Shown here piece after piece: positions 1 through 8,930 of a DNA stretch of 50,078 nt. The stretch comes from Lentimonas sp. (GTDB lineage Bacteria > Pseudomonadota > Alphaproteobacteria > Rickettsiales > UBA1997). Under the pieces are notes generated by a model, which was not told the origin of the DNA, made no database searches, and was given only the letters and a program-made list of their open reading frames with translations. Location: positions 1 to 50,078 of the forward strand of contig JBLHVR010000003.1 of NCBI GenBank assembly GCA_047628655.1, written 5' to 3'. The translations under genes were made by a program, and so were the position numbers. Positions within the stretch are counted from its first letter, which is position 1, and every line of letters starts with the position of its first letter.

Positions 1-212
1 CCTTCAATCCAACTAATTTTATCTTTTCTAATATTTTTCTCTAAAATACGGTCTTCAAGACGACCAACACCGGCTTCTTTAAAATCTGCATTTTCATCAA
101 TTGTAATTATTTCACTCAGTAACAATTGTAATAATTTTTCTTCAAAAACATTTTCCAAAAATGAAAAACCCTGCGTCGCCAAATTATCTGCGATTTTATC
201 AATATTAAGCAC
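1..212 (-). CDS. 2OG-Fe(II) oxygenase (SM-20/EGL-9-like prolyl hydroxylase family), N-terminal part, runs off the window
   Basis: Manual translation from GTG at 212: MLNIDKIADNLATQGFSFLENVF...FKEAGVGRLEDRILEKNIRKDKISWIEG. The FxxAGVG...IRxDxIxW pattern is typical of bacterial SM-20-like oxygenases. Not in the ORF track. Confidence 0.7.
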   Translation of the reverse strand, partial: MLNIDKIADNLATQGFSFLENVFEEKLLQLLLSEIITIDENADFKEAGVGRLEDRILEKNIRKDKISWIE

Positions 213-343
213 TCGCTAATTAATTTGGTTGAAGAAAATATGGGGTTCAGGTTAGAAGATTTGTTACAAATTACTAATCAAATTTATCCCGTTAGTTTGG
301 GGTCAAAAAAAAGTGATGTGCCAACCTTTTTCCGGACACTAAA

Positions 344-787
344 TTAAGCAGATTTTAAGTATTTTCTATTAACCTTTTCAAACTCAACTGGCGCTAAATT
401 TCGATTATAAAAAACCTCAATATATTCAAATATTACATTTTTAGCCTCCTTTTGATTTTTAAATTGATAATGGTTGGTAAGTTCAGTTTTTAAAGTATGG
501 AAGAACGATTCAGCAACTGCGTTATCCCAGCAGTTACCTTTGCGGCTCATACTTTGAACAATGCCATGATCCTTCAAAATAGCTCTGTGGCCTTCAGAAG
601 CATATTGACTCCCTCTGTCAGAATTCCAGACTAATCCTTTTTTTGACTTTCTCTTCCAAATAGCCACAGTCAAAGCATCATTGACCAACTTGGTTTTCAT
701 ATTATCAGCCATAGACCAGCCAACCACTCCCAGTTCGAATATAAGTGATATCGGAGACCCAATATTTATCAGGAGTAGAAACATCAA
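344..787 (-). pseudogene. IS3 transposase OrfB (rve integrase core) fragment
   Basis: IS3 integrase motifs SDRGSQY, QSMSRKGNCWDNAVAESFFHTLKTE and YIEVFYNR. The N-terminal part is missing or out of frame. Confidence 0.9.
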
Positions 788-949
788 ATTTTCTAGCCAG
801 CAAATTAGGAGCTATTTGTTATATTTGGCGTTGAGACAATTATCATTTTGAGAATTGCAGTTATTTTTTATCCATGCGTACTTTACCGTGATTCTTTCGC
901 AAAGTACGCTGCCGCCTTTTTTAATAGATCTCGCTCCTGTTTGACTAGA

Positions 950-1190
950 GATAATTCTTTTTTAAGCCTTTTGACTTCCTCAAAAGAATTTACATTGCCA
1001 GTCATTTTTTTTGATTATTTTTGTTAGAATTAGAGTATTTCGCCATCCAGCTGTAAAGACTATTGGGATTAACCCTAAATCTCTTGCTGTTTGCGCAGTT
1101 GGTTGATCGGAATCAATAGCTAATTTAACTGATGAGACCTTAAATTCTAACGGATAATTTTGTCGATTTTTGTTGGACGTGGTTTTGATA
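950..1190 (-). pseudogene. IS3 transposase OrfA (HTH) remnant, frameshifted; coordinates approximate
   Basis: Minus strand reads YPLEFKVSSVKLAIDSDQPTAQTARDL and, after a frameshift, VNPNSLYSWMAKYS, which is the IS3 OrfA helix-turn-helix pattern. Confidence 0.75.
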
Positions 1191-1405
1191 TTTCTTTGGT
1201 AAAAACTGTCCGGAAAAAGGTAGCCACATCAGATTTACCGTTAAACATAATCATGAACAACTAGTCCAAATCGGCTAAAAGATTATTCAATTGATTGTAG
1301 TTAAGGACTGGCAATATTCCGAACTTAAGAATAAATGGTGCGAAGCTAGTATTTGACTTGAAGAAGCCCTTTAATTTAATGGTGGATTTATCAAACCATC
1401 ATGAA

Positions 1406-1480
1406 TGGCTGGGACGGCAGGATTCGAACCTGCGCATGACGAGATCAAAACCCGTTGCCTTACCGCTTGGCTACGTCCCA
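1406..1480 (-). tRNA. tRNA-Gln (anticodon TTG)
   Basis: Reverse complement TGGGACGTAGCCAAGCGGTAAGGCAACGGGTTTTGATCTCGTCATGCGCAGGTTCGAATCCTGCCGTCCCAGCCA forms a cloverleaf with a GTTCGAATC T-loop and encoded CCA. Confidence 0.96.
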
Positions 1481-1565
1481 ATATTTTAAGAGGCGTGGAT
1501 TATCTAATAAGGATTCTTTTAAGTCAAGATTGGTTTTTAAGTTAAAATCAATCATCATTAAATTT

Positions 1566-2348
1566 CTATTTATAAATCACCAAATAGCCGCGGAAATTCT
1601 TACCGTCTTTAGTGTTCATTGCTTTAACCAAATCAATCGTTTTAACCCAATACCAACCATTTTTGTGGCCCGCAACATCTAGAATCAAGAATGAGTCGCT
1701 GACCTCATCAAAAGCGGCTAATGGTGAAATGTGACCGCCAGTTTTTAAGCCAAGTTTTTTTCCGTAAAAATTAATCAATAAATATTTTTCATGGTCAGCG
1801 GCAATTTCACGGGCTAATTTGCGGAAATTATCAACGGTTTTTGGGTTGGAATCTGCAATATTTTTAGTTTGAACTTTTAATTTGTAGATTTTTCTTAAAA
1901 TTTTTCCCAGCTCGTCCAAGCTTAATCCGGCATCAAAGTTGCTAGAATCATTTTCATTTTCCGCAGTAATGTTTTTTAACTCAATAATTTTGCGATTCTT
2001 AATTTTGTCGGTTTTGTTATTAAAAAAAGTTAATTGCGAATAAGATTTAAATTCAATATTTCCCCCTCCAAAAGCCGCAGGTTTCTTAATTTCCAACTTT
2101 TTTTGGCTGGGTTTTTTTTCATTAATAGCATTTAAAATAATTACGCTGCTAGCAGAAGCACAGTAAAGCGGATTAATTTGTGGCTGAAAATGATCAGCCA
2201 AATCGTAAAAATCTGTTTTAAATTGACTAGATTCCAACCTTTTTAAGCCTTCAGATGAATTCCATTCTACAGTCAGAACAGAATTATCAGCAAAGGATTT
2301 GGACGAAAGACCCAAAAGAACTAGCGTAATTATTAAAATAATTTTCAT
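1566..2348 (-). CDS. Phytochelatin synthase family (papain-like) protein with Sec signal peptide
   Basis: QxNxxYC (catalytic Cys), GGHISPLAAFD (His), LILDVA (Asp), WYWV and the MNTKD..FRGY tail. Hydrophobic N-terminus ending in SFA. Confidence 0.88.
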   Translation of the reverse strand: MKIILIITLVLLGLSSKSFADNSVLTVEWNSSEGLKRLESSQFKTDFYDLADHFQPQINPLYCASASSVIILNAINEKKPSQKKLEIKKPAAFGGGNIEFKSYSQLTFFNNKTDKIKNRKIIELKNITAENENDSSNFDAGLSLDELGKILRKIYKLKVQTKNIADSNPKTVDNFRKLAREIAADHEKYLLINFYGKKLGLKTGGHISPLAAFDEVSDSFLILDVAGHKNGWYWVKTIDLVKAMNTKDGKNFRGYLVIYK

Positions 2349-2357
2349 AAAATTTTG

Positions 2358-2822
2358 TTAGTCGTTAATCTCAAAAATTGCGTCAATTTCAACCGAAGCT
2401 CCTCGAGGAAGTGAACCAACTCCAACGGCAAATCTTGAATGTTTTCCAGCTTCACCAAAAATTTCTACCATTAAATCAGAAGCTCCATTGGCAACTAATG
2501 GATGGCTTTCAAAATCGTCGGCAGCGTTAATAAAAACTCCCAGCTTAATGCATCTTGCCACTAATTCTAAATTGCCGTTACAAGCGGTTTTTAAATTAGC
2601 AACAATGTTGGTTACGCAGATTTTTGCCGCTTTTTGACCTTCCTCAATAGAAATATTTTTACCTAATTTTCCCACAAATTTAACCTCGCCATCAGCAATT
2701 GGTAATTGGCCCGAGATGAAGATGCGGTTTTGTGCCCTTACAAAAGGAAGGTAATTGGCAATTGGTGAAATTGGCTTTGGAAGAATAATTCCGGCTTTTT
2801 TAATGTTTTCGTTAATTGTCAT
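2358..2822 (-). CDS. RidA/YjgF/UK114 family protein
   Basis: PxPIANY, SGQLP, VANGASDL, GKHSRFAVGVGSLP..ASVEID motifs. Confidence 0.9.
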   Translation of the reverse strand: MTINENIKKAGIILPKPISPIANYLPFVRAQNRIFISGQLPIADGEVKFVGKLGKNISIEEGQKAAKICVTNIVANLKTACNGNLELVARCIKLGVFINAADDFESHPLVANGASDLMVEIFGEAGKHSRFAVGVGSLPRGASVEIDAIFEIND

Positions 2823-2901
2823 TTGATTTTATTGTTTTTTATTGTTGGAAAGGTTAAATTCACGGCGCATTTTACAATCAATTTTTTTCCCAATCAATTA
2901 A

Positions 2902-3762
2902 ATGAGCAAAATTTTACAAAGAACCATTAGCAAAAAAATTAGCTGCAATGGAATTGGCCTTCACAGCGGCAAAGAAGTTAAAATGCAACTTCTTCCTGCT
3001 CCTGCAAATAGCGGAATAATTTTCCGTAGAACTGACATTTCAGGAAAAAATAATGAAATTATCGCTAGTTACGAAAATGTAACAACCACCAATTTAGGAA
3101 CCACAATTGGCAATGAGGATGGCGTTGAAATTGCCACTATTGAACATTTAATGGCCGCAATTTGGGGTTGCGAAATTGACAACCTGATTGTGGAATTAAA
3201 TTCGCAAGAAATTCCAATAATGGATGGCAGTTCAGCTTCTTTCATTTTCTTGCTAGAATGTGCCGGCAGAGAAACTCACGAAGAGCATCGTAAAATAATT
3301 GAAATTTTAAAAAAGATTGAAGTTATTGATGGCGACAAATCTTTAAGTGTTGAGCCAGCGGAAGAATTTTTCGTTCAGCTTGAAATTGACTTTCATCACA
3401 AGCAGCTTGGAAAGCAAAATTTTGAATTCCACTCTTCCAACACTTCCTTTAAAAACGACATTTCCCGGGCCAGAACTTTTGCCTTTGAAAAAGACATTGA
3501 AAAAATGCGCGATCTAGGCTTAGCGTTAGGTGGATCACTAAATAATGCCATTGTTATTGGAGAAGAAGGAATTTTAAATGACGAAAAATTACGCTTTAAA
3601 GATGAATTTGCGCGTCACAAAATGTTAGATTTTATTGGAGACATTTTTCTAGTGGGTGGCTTCATTCAGGGCCATTTTAAAGCAGTTAAATCTGGTCACA
3701 AAATTAATAATCAACTATTGCGCAAATTATTTGCAGACAAAGATGCTTACCGATTTGTTTAA
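2902..3762 (+). CDS. lpxC: UDP-3-O-acyl-N-acetylglucosamine deacetylase
   Basis: QRTI..GIGLHSG, TIEHLMAA, EIPIMDGS, ARTF, RHKMLD, SGH motifs. Confidence 0.97.
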   Translation: MSKILQRTISKKISCNGIGLHSGKEVKMQLLPAPANSGIIFRRTDISGKNNEIIASYENVTTTNLGTTIGNEDGVEIATIEHLMAAIWGCEIDNLIVELNSQEIPIMDGSSASFIFLLECAGRETHEEHRKIIEILKKIEVIDGDKSLSVEPAEEFFVQLEIDFHHKQLGKQNFEFHSSNTSFKNDISRARTFAFEKDIEKMRDLGLALGGSLNNAIVIGEEGILNDEKLRFKDEFARHKMLDFIGDIFLVGGFIQGHFKAVKSGHKINNQLLRKLFADKDAYRFV

Positions 3763-3802
3763 TTAACCTTTTCATTTACCTCACGATCCATCGCTTCTTA
3801 GA

Positions 3803-4807
3803 ATGAAAGCGCTTAATAATTTGAAATCAATGCAAAAATTTACTCTTAATTCAGAACCAGAAGATAAAAATCAAAGGCTAGACAAATTTCTAGTTAATAA
3901 ATTTTCTAGCATCAAACCGGAATTTTCCAGAAGTCGAATTCAAGGCTTAATTACTGCTGGAGGGGTTTTAAACAGAGAAAAAATTCTAACTTCCTGCGAT
4001 TACAAAATTAAAGGTGATGAGAATTTTAACATTACCTTGCCAGAAGTAATTGAGTCAAAAATTATTGCCAAAGAAATTCCATTTGAAATTGTTTTTGAAG
4101 ATGAAAACATGCTGGTAATTAACAAACCCGCCGGCCTAACAACTCACCCTGGAAACGGAAATTCTGATGAAACTTTAGTTAATGCTTTGCTTTTTTATTG
4201 CCCCGAAACTTTATCAGGAATTAATGGTGTTTCTCGCCCTGGAATTGTGCACAGGCTCGATAAAGACACTTCTGGATTAATGGTGGTTGCTAAAAATGAC
4301 TTGGCTCATCAAGAACTTTCTAACCAAATTCAAGACCGAACTTTAAAAAGAAATTATTTAGCTTTTTGCTACGGAACAGTAAAGCCACTAAAAGGAACGA
4401 TTGACAAAAACATTGGTAGAAGCAAAACAAACCGCCTAAAAATGGCAATAATGCACAGCGGAGGAAGAAATGCTGTCACCAATTACCAAGTTCAAAAACT
4501 TTATCTAGATGGAAAAGTTTCAATGATTGAGTGCAAATTAGACACTGGTAGAACGCATCAAATTAGGGTTCATTTAGCCTCAATTGGCCACCCAATTATT
4601 GGTGACCAAACTTATGGAAGAACCAGAGGATCAATTAGAGAAGCCAGCGATGAGGTGAAGCACTTAATTAATATTTTCCCCAGACAAGCACTTCACTCCT
4701 ACAAAATCAGTTTCATTCACCCAGTTTCAAGGGAAGAAATGGAATTTGAGATTGATTTACCGGATGACATTAATAAATTGAAAAAAGTACTTGAAACAAA
4801 AAGTTAA
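3803..4807 (+). CDS. rluD: RluA-family 23S rRNA pseudouridine synthase RluD (start may be 3830)
   Basis: S4 domain RLDKFL, NKPAGL..HPG, RPGIVHRLDKDTSGL, TGRTHQIRVH, RQALH; located upstream of rpoH as in alphaproteobacteria. Confidence 0.9.
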   Translation: MKALNNLKSMQKFTLNSEPEDKNQRLDKFLVNKFSSIKPEFSRSRIQGLITAGGVLNREKILTSCDYKIKGDENFNITLPEVIESKIIAKEIPFEIVFEDENMLVINKPAGLTTHPGNGNSDETLVNALLFYCPETLSGINGVSRPGIVHRLDKDTSGLMVVAKNDLAHQELSNQIQDRTLKRNYLAFCYGTVKPLKGTIDKNIGRSKTNRLKMAIMHSGGRNAVTNYQVQKLYLDGKVSMIECKLDTGRTHQIRVHLASIGHPIIGDQTYGRTRGSIREASDEVKHLINIFPRQALHSYKISFIHPVSREEMEFEIDLPDDINKLKKVLETKS

Positions 4808-4809
4808 TA

Positions 4810-5688
4810 ATGAGCAAAGATTCATCTTTAGTTACATTACCAAAAGTTAGAGATGCGCAGGCCAGCTTTTTTAATTACCTGCAAGAAATTCAAAAATTTC
4901 CACTTTTAACCTTTGAAGAAGAGCAAAAATACGCCAATGATTTTAAAAACACTGGCAATAAGGAATCGGCCAGAATGCTCATTCAAAGCCATTTAAGATT
5001 AGTAGTTAAAATTGCCAGCAGCTTTAAAAATTACGGCTTACCAATTGTTGACTTAGTTTCGGAAGGAAATGTTGGCTTAATGCAGGCAGTTAGAAAATTT
5101 GAACCTGAAAAAGGTTTCCGATTCTCAACATACGCCATGTGGTGGATTAAAGCCTACATTCAAGAATATATTCTCCATTCTTGGTCGCTGGTTAAAATTG
5201 GCACCACAGCTGCTCAGAAAAAATTATTTTTTAACTTAAATAAAATCAAAAAACGCCTCGGAGCATCGGATAAAGGCAATTTATTGCCTCAAGAAATTGA
5301 TAGAATTGCCAATGATTTAAATGTTTCCAAAAAAGAAGTTATTAACATGAATGCTCGGATGCAAAATTCCGATGGCTCATTGAATAAGATAATTGGCGAT
5401 GACGGCGATGGAATTGAAGTTGGAGACAAAATTGCCTCTGAATTTCCCAGCCAAGAAGAAATTGCAATTGCAAACCAAGAAAAGAATCGCCAACAGGAAT
5501 TACTTAAAGAAGCTTTGCTAATTTTAAATGAGCGTGAAAAAGACATTGTTCTTAAAAGAAAATTAAGCGAAAATCCATCAACCTTGGAAGATTTAAGTAA
5601 AGTTTATCAAGTTTCAAAGGAAAGAATTCGTCAAATTGAAGAAGCGGCTCTGAAGAAAATTGGGAAGTTTGTTAAATCTCAAATTTAA
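4810..5688 (+). CDS. rpoH: RNA polymerase sigma-32 factor
   Basis: SHLRLVVKIA, DLVSEGNVGLMQAV, RpoH box QKKLFFNL, region 4 VSKERIRQIE. Confidence 0.95.
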   Translation: MSKDSSLVTLPKVRDAQASFFNYLQEIQKFPLLTFEEEQKYANDFKNTGNKESARMLIQSHLRLVVKIASSFKNYGLPIVDLVSEGNVGLMQAVRKFEPEKGFRFSTYAMWWIKAYIQEYILHSWSLVKIGTTAAQKKLFFNLNKIKKRLGASDKGNLLPQEIDRIANDLNVSKKEVINMNARMQNSDGSLNKIIGDDGDGIEVGDKIASEFPSQEEIAIANQEKNRQQELLKEALLILNEREKDIVLKRKLSENPSTLEDLSKVYQVSKERIRQIEEAALKKIGKFVKSQI

Positions 5689-5692
5689 ATAA

Positions 5693-6286
5693 ATGTTTAC
5701 AGGAATAATTACACATATTGCAAAAATTCAGGAATTAAATTCTAAACCAAATTCCGACTTAGAAATTGCCTTAGAAATTAATGACAAAATTGAGCGTAAA
5801 TTAGAAATTGGCTGTTCAATTTCCTGCAGCGGAGCTTGCTTAACTTTAACAAAAAAAGAAGAAAATTTACTATTTTTTGAAGCATCCAACGAAACCCTAA
5901 GTAAAACCACCATTAAAAATTGGAAAATAGGAAATGAAATCAACCTAGAATTTGCTTTAAGAATGGGAGATGAGCTTGGTGGACACATGGTTTCAGGACA
6001 TGTTGACAAAGTTGCTAAAATATTAAGCATTAAGCCAGCAAACCAAGATTCCACCATTTTTGATATTGAAATTCCTAAAGATTTAGTAAAATTCATCACC
6101 ACCAAAGGATCGATCGTTTTAAACGGAGTTTCCTTAACTATTAATCAAGTTTTTGACAATTCCTTTAATGTCAATATCATCAGCCACACTTTGCAAAACA
6201 CCAATTTTAGAAACTTGAAATTGGGCGATTATTTAAATCTAGAAATTGATTTGATCGCTAGATATTTGGAAAAATTAACAAAATAA
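5693..6286 (+). CDS. ribE: Riboflavin synthase (alpha subunit)
   Basis: MFTGII N-terminus, GACLT, LGGHMVSGHVD, KGSIVLNGVSLTIN, NLEIDLIARY. Confidence 0.95.
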   Translation: MFTGIITHIAKIQELNSKPNSDLEIALEINDKIERKLEIGCSISCSGACLTLTKKEENLLFFEASNETLSKTTIKNWKIGNEINLEFALRMGDELGGHMVSGHVDKVAKILSIKPANQDSTIFDIEIPKDLVKFITTKGSIVLNGVSLTINQVFDNSFNVNIISHTLQNTNFRNLKLGDYLNLEIDLIARYLEKLTK

Positions 6287-6288
6287 AA

Positions 6289-7353
6289 ATGCTCTCCTCC
6301 ATACCAGAAATAATATCCGACGCCAAAGCCGGTAAAATGTTCATTTTAGTTGATGATGAAAATCGTGAAAATGAAGGTGATTTAGTCATTCCAGCCAGCA
6401 TGTGCAATGACAAGGCTGTGAATTTTATGGCTAAATTTGGTCGCGGATTAATTTGCCTAACTCTTGATGAAAAGCGCGTTGCACAGCTTGAACTACCATT
6501 AATGTCGAACAACAATGAATCGCGTCATCGAACTGCTTTTACCGTTTCAATTGAAGCAAAAGAGGGTATTTCTACAGGAATTTCGGCTCAAGATCGCGCC
6601 AAAACTATTGAAGATGCCATTAATCCTCAAAATACCAAAAATGACATCGTTAGCCCAGGGCATATTTTCCCACTAAAAGCACAGAAAGGTGGTGTTTTAG
6701 TTCGCGCTGGCCACACGGAAGCATCTGTCGATATTGCCAGTCTTGCAGGTTTAAACCCATCAGGAGTAATTTGTGAAATAATGAATGACGATGGAACAAT
6801 GGCCAGAATGCCTGATTTGAAGAAATTTGCCAAAGAGCATGATTTAAAAATTGCCACCATTGCCGATTTAATCGAATATCGCCGCCTTCACGACAAATTG
6901 ATTGAGCGCAAAAATGAAACTGAAATTGACAGCAACATTGCAGGAAAATTTAAAGCCGTAATTTATCAAAGCAAAGTTGATAATGTTGAACATTTGGCTT
7001 TAATTAAGGGTGAAATTACCGATTCAGAAACTTTAGTTCGCATGCATCATTTGAATATTTTTGGTGATGTTTTGGATGATAAAAAGAATGACAAAACTGG
7101 AATTTTACAAAGCGCAATGAAAAAAATTGCTGATGAAAAAAATGGTGTAATCGTAATCATTCGCCAAACCAACAAACCCATCATCGATTTAATTAAAGGG
7201 AAAACTTCCAGCAAACTTCGTAACTATGGAATTGGCGCCCAAATTCTGCTAGATTTAGGCGTTAAAAATATGCGCCTTTTAACTAATTCAGAAAAATCAG
7301 TTATTGGCTTGGAAGGTTACGGGTTGAAGATTTGTGGTTACGAAAAATTGTAA
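6289..7353 (+). CDS. ribB: 3,4-dihydroxy-2-butanone-4-phosphate synthase with degenerate GTP cyclohydrolase II domain (RibBX-type)
   Basis: DDENRENEGDL, TAFTVSIEA, PGHIFPL, RAGHTEA, ICEIMNDDGTMAR. The C-terminal domain lacks the Zn-binding Cys residues. Confidence 0.93.
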   Translation: MLSSIPEIISDAKAGKMFILVDDENRENEGDLVIPASMCNDKAVNFMAKFGRGLICLTLDEKRVAQLELPLMSNNNESRHRTAFTVSIEAKEGISTGISAQDRAKTIEDAINPQNTKNDIVSPGHIFPLKAQKGGVLVRAGHTEASVDIASLAGLNPSGVICEIMNDDGTMARMPDLKKFAKEHDLKIATIADLIEYRRLHDKLIERKNETEIDSNIAGKFKAVIYQSKVDNVEHLALIKGEITDSETLVRMHHLNIFGDVLDDKKNDKTGILQSAMKKIADEKNGVIVIIRQTNKPIIDLIKGKTSSKLRNYGIGAQILLDLGVKNMRLLTNSEKSVIGLEGYGLKICGYEKL

Positions 7354-7373
7354 ATTCTCTATTAAATAAATGA

Positions 7374-8237
7374 ATGAATTTAGAACAAAACAAAACAAAT
7401 ACTTCCGCTTGGTTTAGAGAGCTTCGCAATAAAATTTGTGAGCAATTTGAAAAAATTGAAGCGCAATACGCCGCTTCTGACAATAAACCAAATGACCTAA
7501 AAATTGACCCGAGCGAAGCTAAATTTACACGAAAAAGTTGGAACAGGTCTGAGGGCGGTGGTGGAGAAATTTCGACAATGAAAGGTAATGTTTTTGAGAA
7601 AGTTGGTGTAAATATTTCTACCGTTTTTGGTGAATTTTCACCAGAATTTCGCAAACAAATTCCGGGCGCAGAAAGTGACCCAAAATTTTGGGCTACTGGA
7701 GTTTCCCTTGTGGCGCACATGCGCTCACCCTTGGTTCCTGCGGTGCATTTTAATACTCGTTTCATTTGCACAACTAAGCAATGGTTCGGTGGTGGTGGAG
7801 ATTTAAACCCAATGTTTGAAGTTGAAAATGACACTAAAGATTTTCATGGTGCCTTTAAAAATGCTTGCGACAAATATGACCCAAAATATTATCCAAAATT
7901 TAAAAAATGGTGCGATGAATATTTCTTCATCAAGCACAGAAATCAATCACGCGGAGTTGGTGGAATTTTTTACGATTATTTAGATTCTAATTTTGAAGAA
8001 AATTTTAATTTTACTAAAGATGTTGGCCTAGCCTTTCTAGATATTTTTCCAAAATTAGTTCAAAGAAATATGCTTCAAAAGTGGAATGAAGAACAAAGAG
8101 AACATCAATTAAGAAAGCGTGGACTTTACACCGAATTCAACTTGGTTTATGACCGCGGCACAAAATTTGGACTAATGACAGGAGGAAATACTGAGGCAAT
8201 TTTAATGTCTCTTCCGCCAGTTGCTAAGTGGGATTAA
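7374..8237 (+). CDS. hemF: Oxygen-dependent coproporphyrinogen III oxidase
   Basis: GGGG..G.VFEKVGVN, HFNTR, WFGGGGDL, RGVGGIFYD, EFNLVYDRGTKFGL, ILMSLPP. Confidence 0.96.
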   Translation: MNLEQNKTNTSAWFRELRNKICEQFEKIEAQYAASDNKPNDLKIDPSEAKFTRKSWNRSEGGGGEISTMKGNVFEKVGVNISTVFGEFSPEFRKQIPGAESDPKFWATGVSLVAHMRSPLVPAVHFNTRFICTTKQWFGGGGDLNPMFEVENDTKDFHGAFKNACDKYDPKYYPKFKKWCDEYFFIKHRNQSRGVGGIFYDYLDSNFEENFNFTKDVGLAFLDIFPKLVQRNMLQKWNEEQREHQLRKRGLYTEFNLVYDRGTKFGLMTGGNTEAILMSLPPVAKWD

Positions 8238-8252
8238 GAATAATCTAGAAAT

Positions 8253-8930
8253 ATGAAAAAAAAGCCTAGAACTGAATCGGAATTGATAGATTCATCAAAA
8301 GTTGAAAATATTCATGGTGAAATACGAGATAAAATAATTCAATTTGAAGATGTCCATTACGATTCAATTGAAGTTGGAATGAACGCTGGATTCGGAGAAC
8401 TTAATGATGAAAATGAAAACAAAGAATCTGTCCATTCTTATGGATTTAGAACTTGTCTTGCAGCAATAATAATCACTAAAGATCTGAAAAATATCTTACT
8501 TGGTCATTATGGTCCGAAAAAATTCCAAAATAGCAGGGATGATTTTATTGAAGAAACAAGAAGCACCATTAATGATATTTCTAAAGAGGTTGATATTAAA
8601 TTGGGATTCAGCTCCAGAGGTCTGCATGAATCTTTAATGGAAGAAATGGAAGGTTTTGAAAGTGAAGAGGGTTTATTAAGTCAAAATGATAGGGAAGATT
8701 TTATTAGAAAAACGAAAGAAGATGCAATGAGTGACATAGAATATCTAAAACAAAAGCTTAATGCGTCGGAAATTATTGATCTGCCACACGATTCCATTCT
8801 AATTAAAAGAAATGGAGAAATAATTATTAGAATTCCAGATGAGGATTTTAGGAAACCTGCACCACAAATTTGCAAACCACAAGCATCCAATGTAAAAACG
8901 ACAACAAATAATAAATCTTTAGAACAATGA
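8253..8930 (+). CDS. Hypothetical protein, candidate CheD/CNF1-like cysteine deamidase
   Basis: 225-aa ORF filling the hemF-purC gap and overlapping the purC start (ATGA). IEVGMN...SYGFRTC68...LLGH85 pattern. The coding call is firm; the function is inferred. Confidence 0.55.
   Translation: MKKKPRTESELIDSSKVENIHGEIRDKIIQFEDVHYDSIEVGMNAGFGELNDENENKESVHSYGFRTCLAAIIITKDLKNILLGHYGPKKFQNSRDDFIEETRSTINDISKEVDIKLGFSSRGLHESLMEEMEGFESEEGLLSQNDREDFIRKTKEDAMSDIEYLKQKLNASEIIDLPHDSILIKRNGEIIIRIPDEDFRKPAPQICKPQASNVKTTTNNKSLEQ

Larger units (their letters stand above)
314..1231 (-). mobile_element. Degenerate IS3-family insertion sequence (918 bp, internally deleted)
   Basis: 27-bp terminal inverted repeats with TG...CA ends: 314-340 TGATGTGCCAACCTTTTTCCGGACACT versus the reverse complement of 1205-1231, TGATGTGGCTACCTTTTTCCGGACAGT. 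Contains orfA and orfB remnants. Confidence 0.9.

Noticed and set aside
241-306. Additional IS end-like sequence next to the IS3 element
   Set aside because: Short TGACCCC-type similarity only, with no partner repeat or transposase.
1455-1682. 75-aa + strand ORF
   Set aside because: It overlaps tRNA-Gln and the PCS gene in antisense and has no motif; a shadow ORF.
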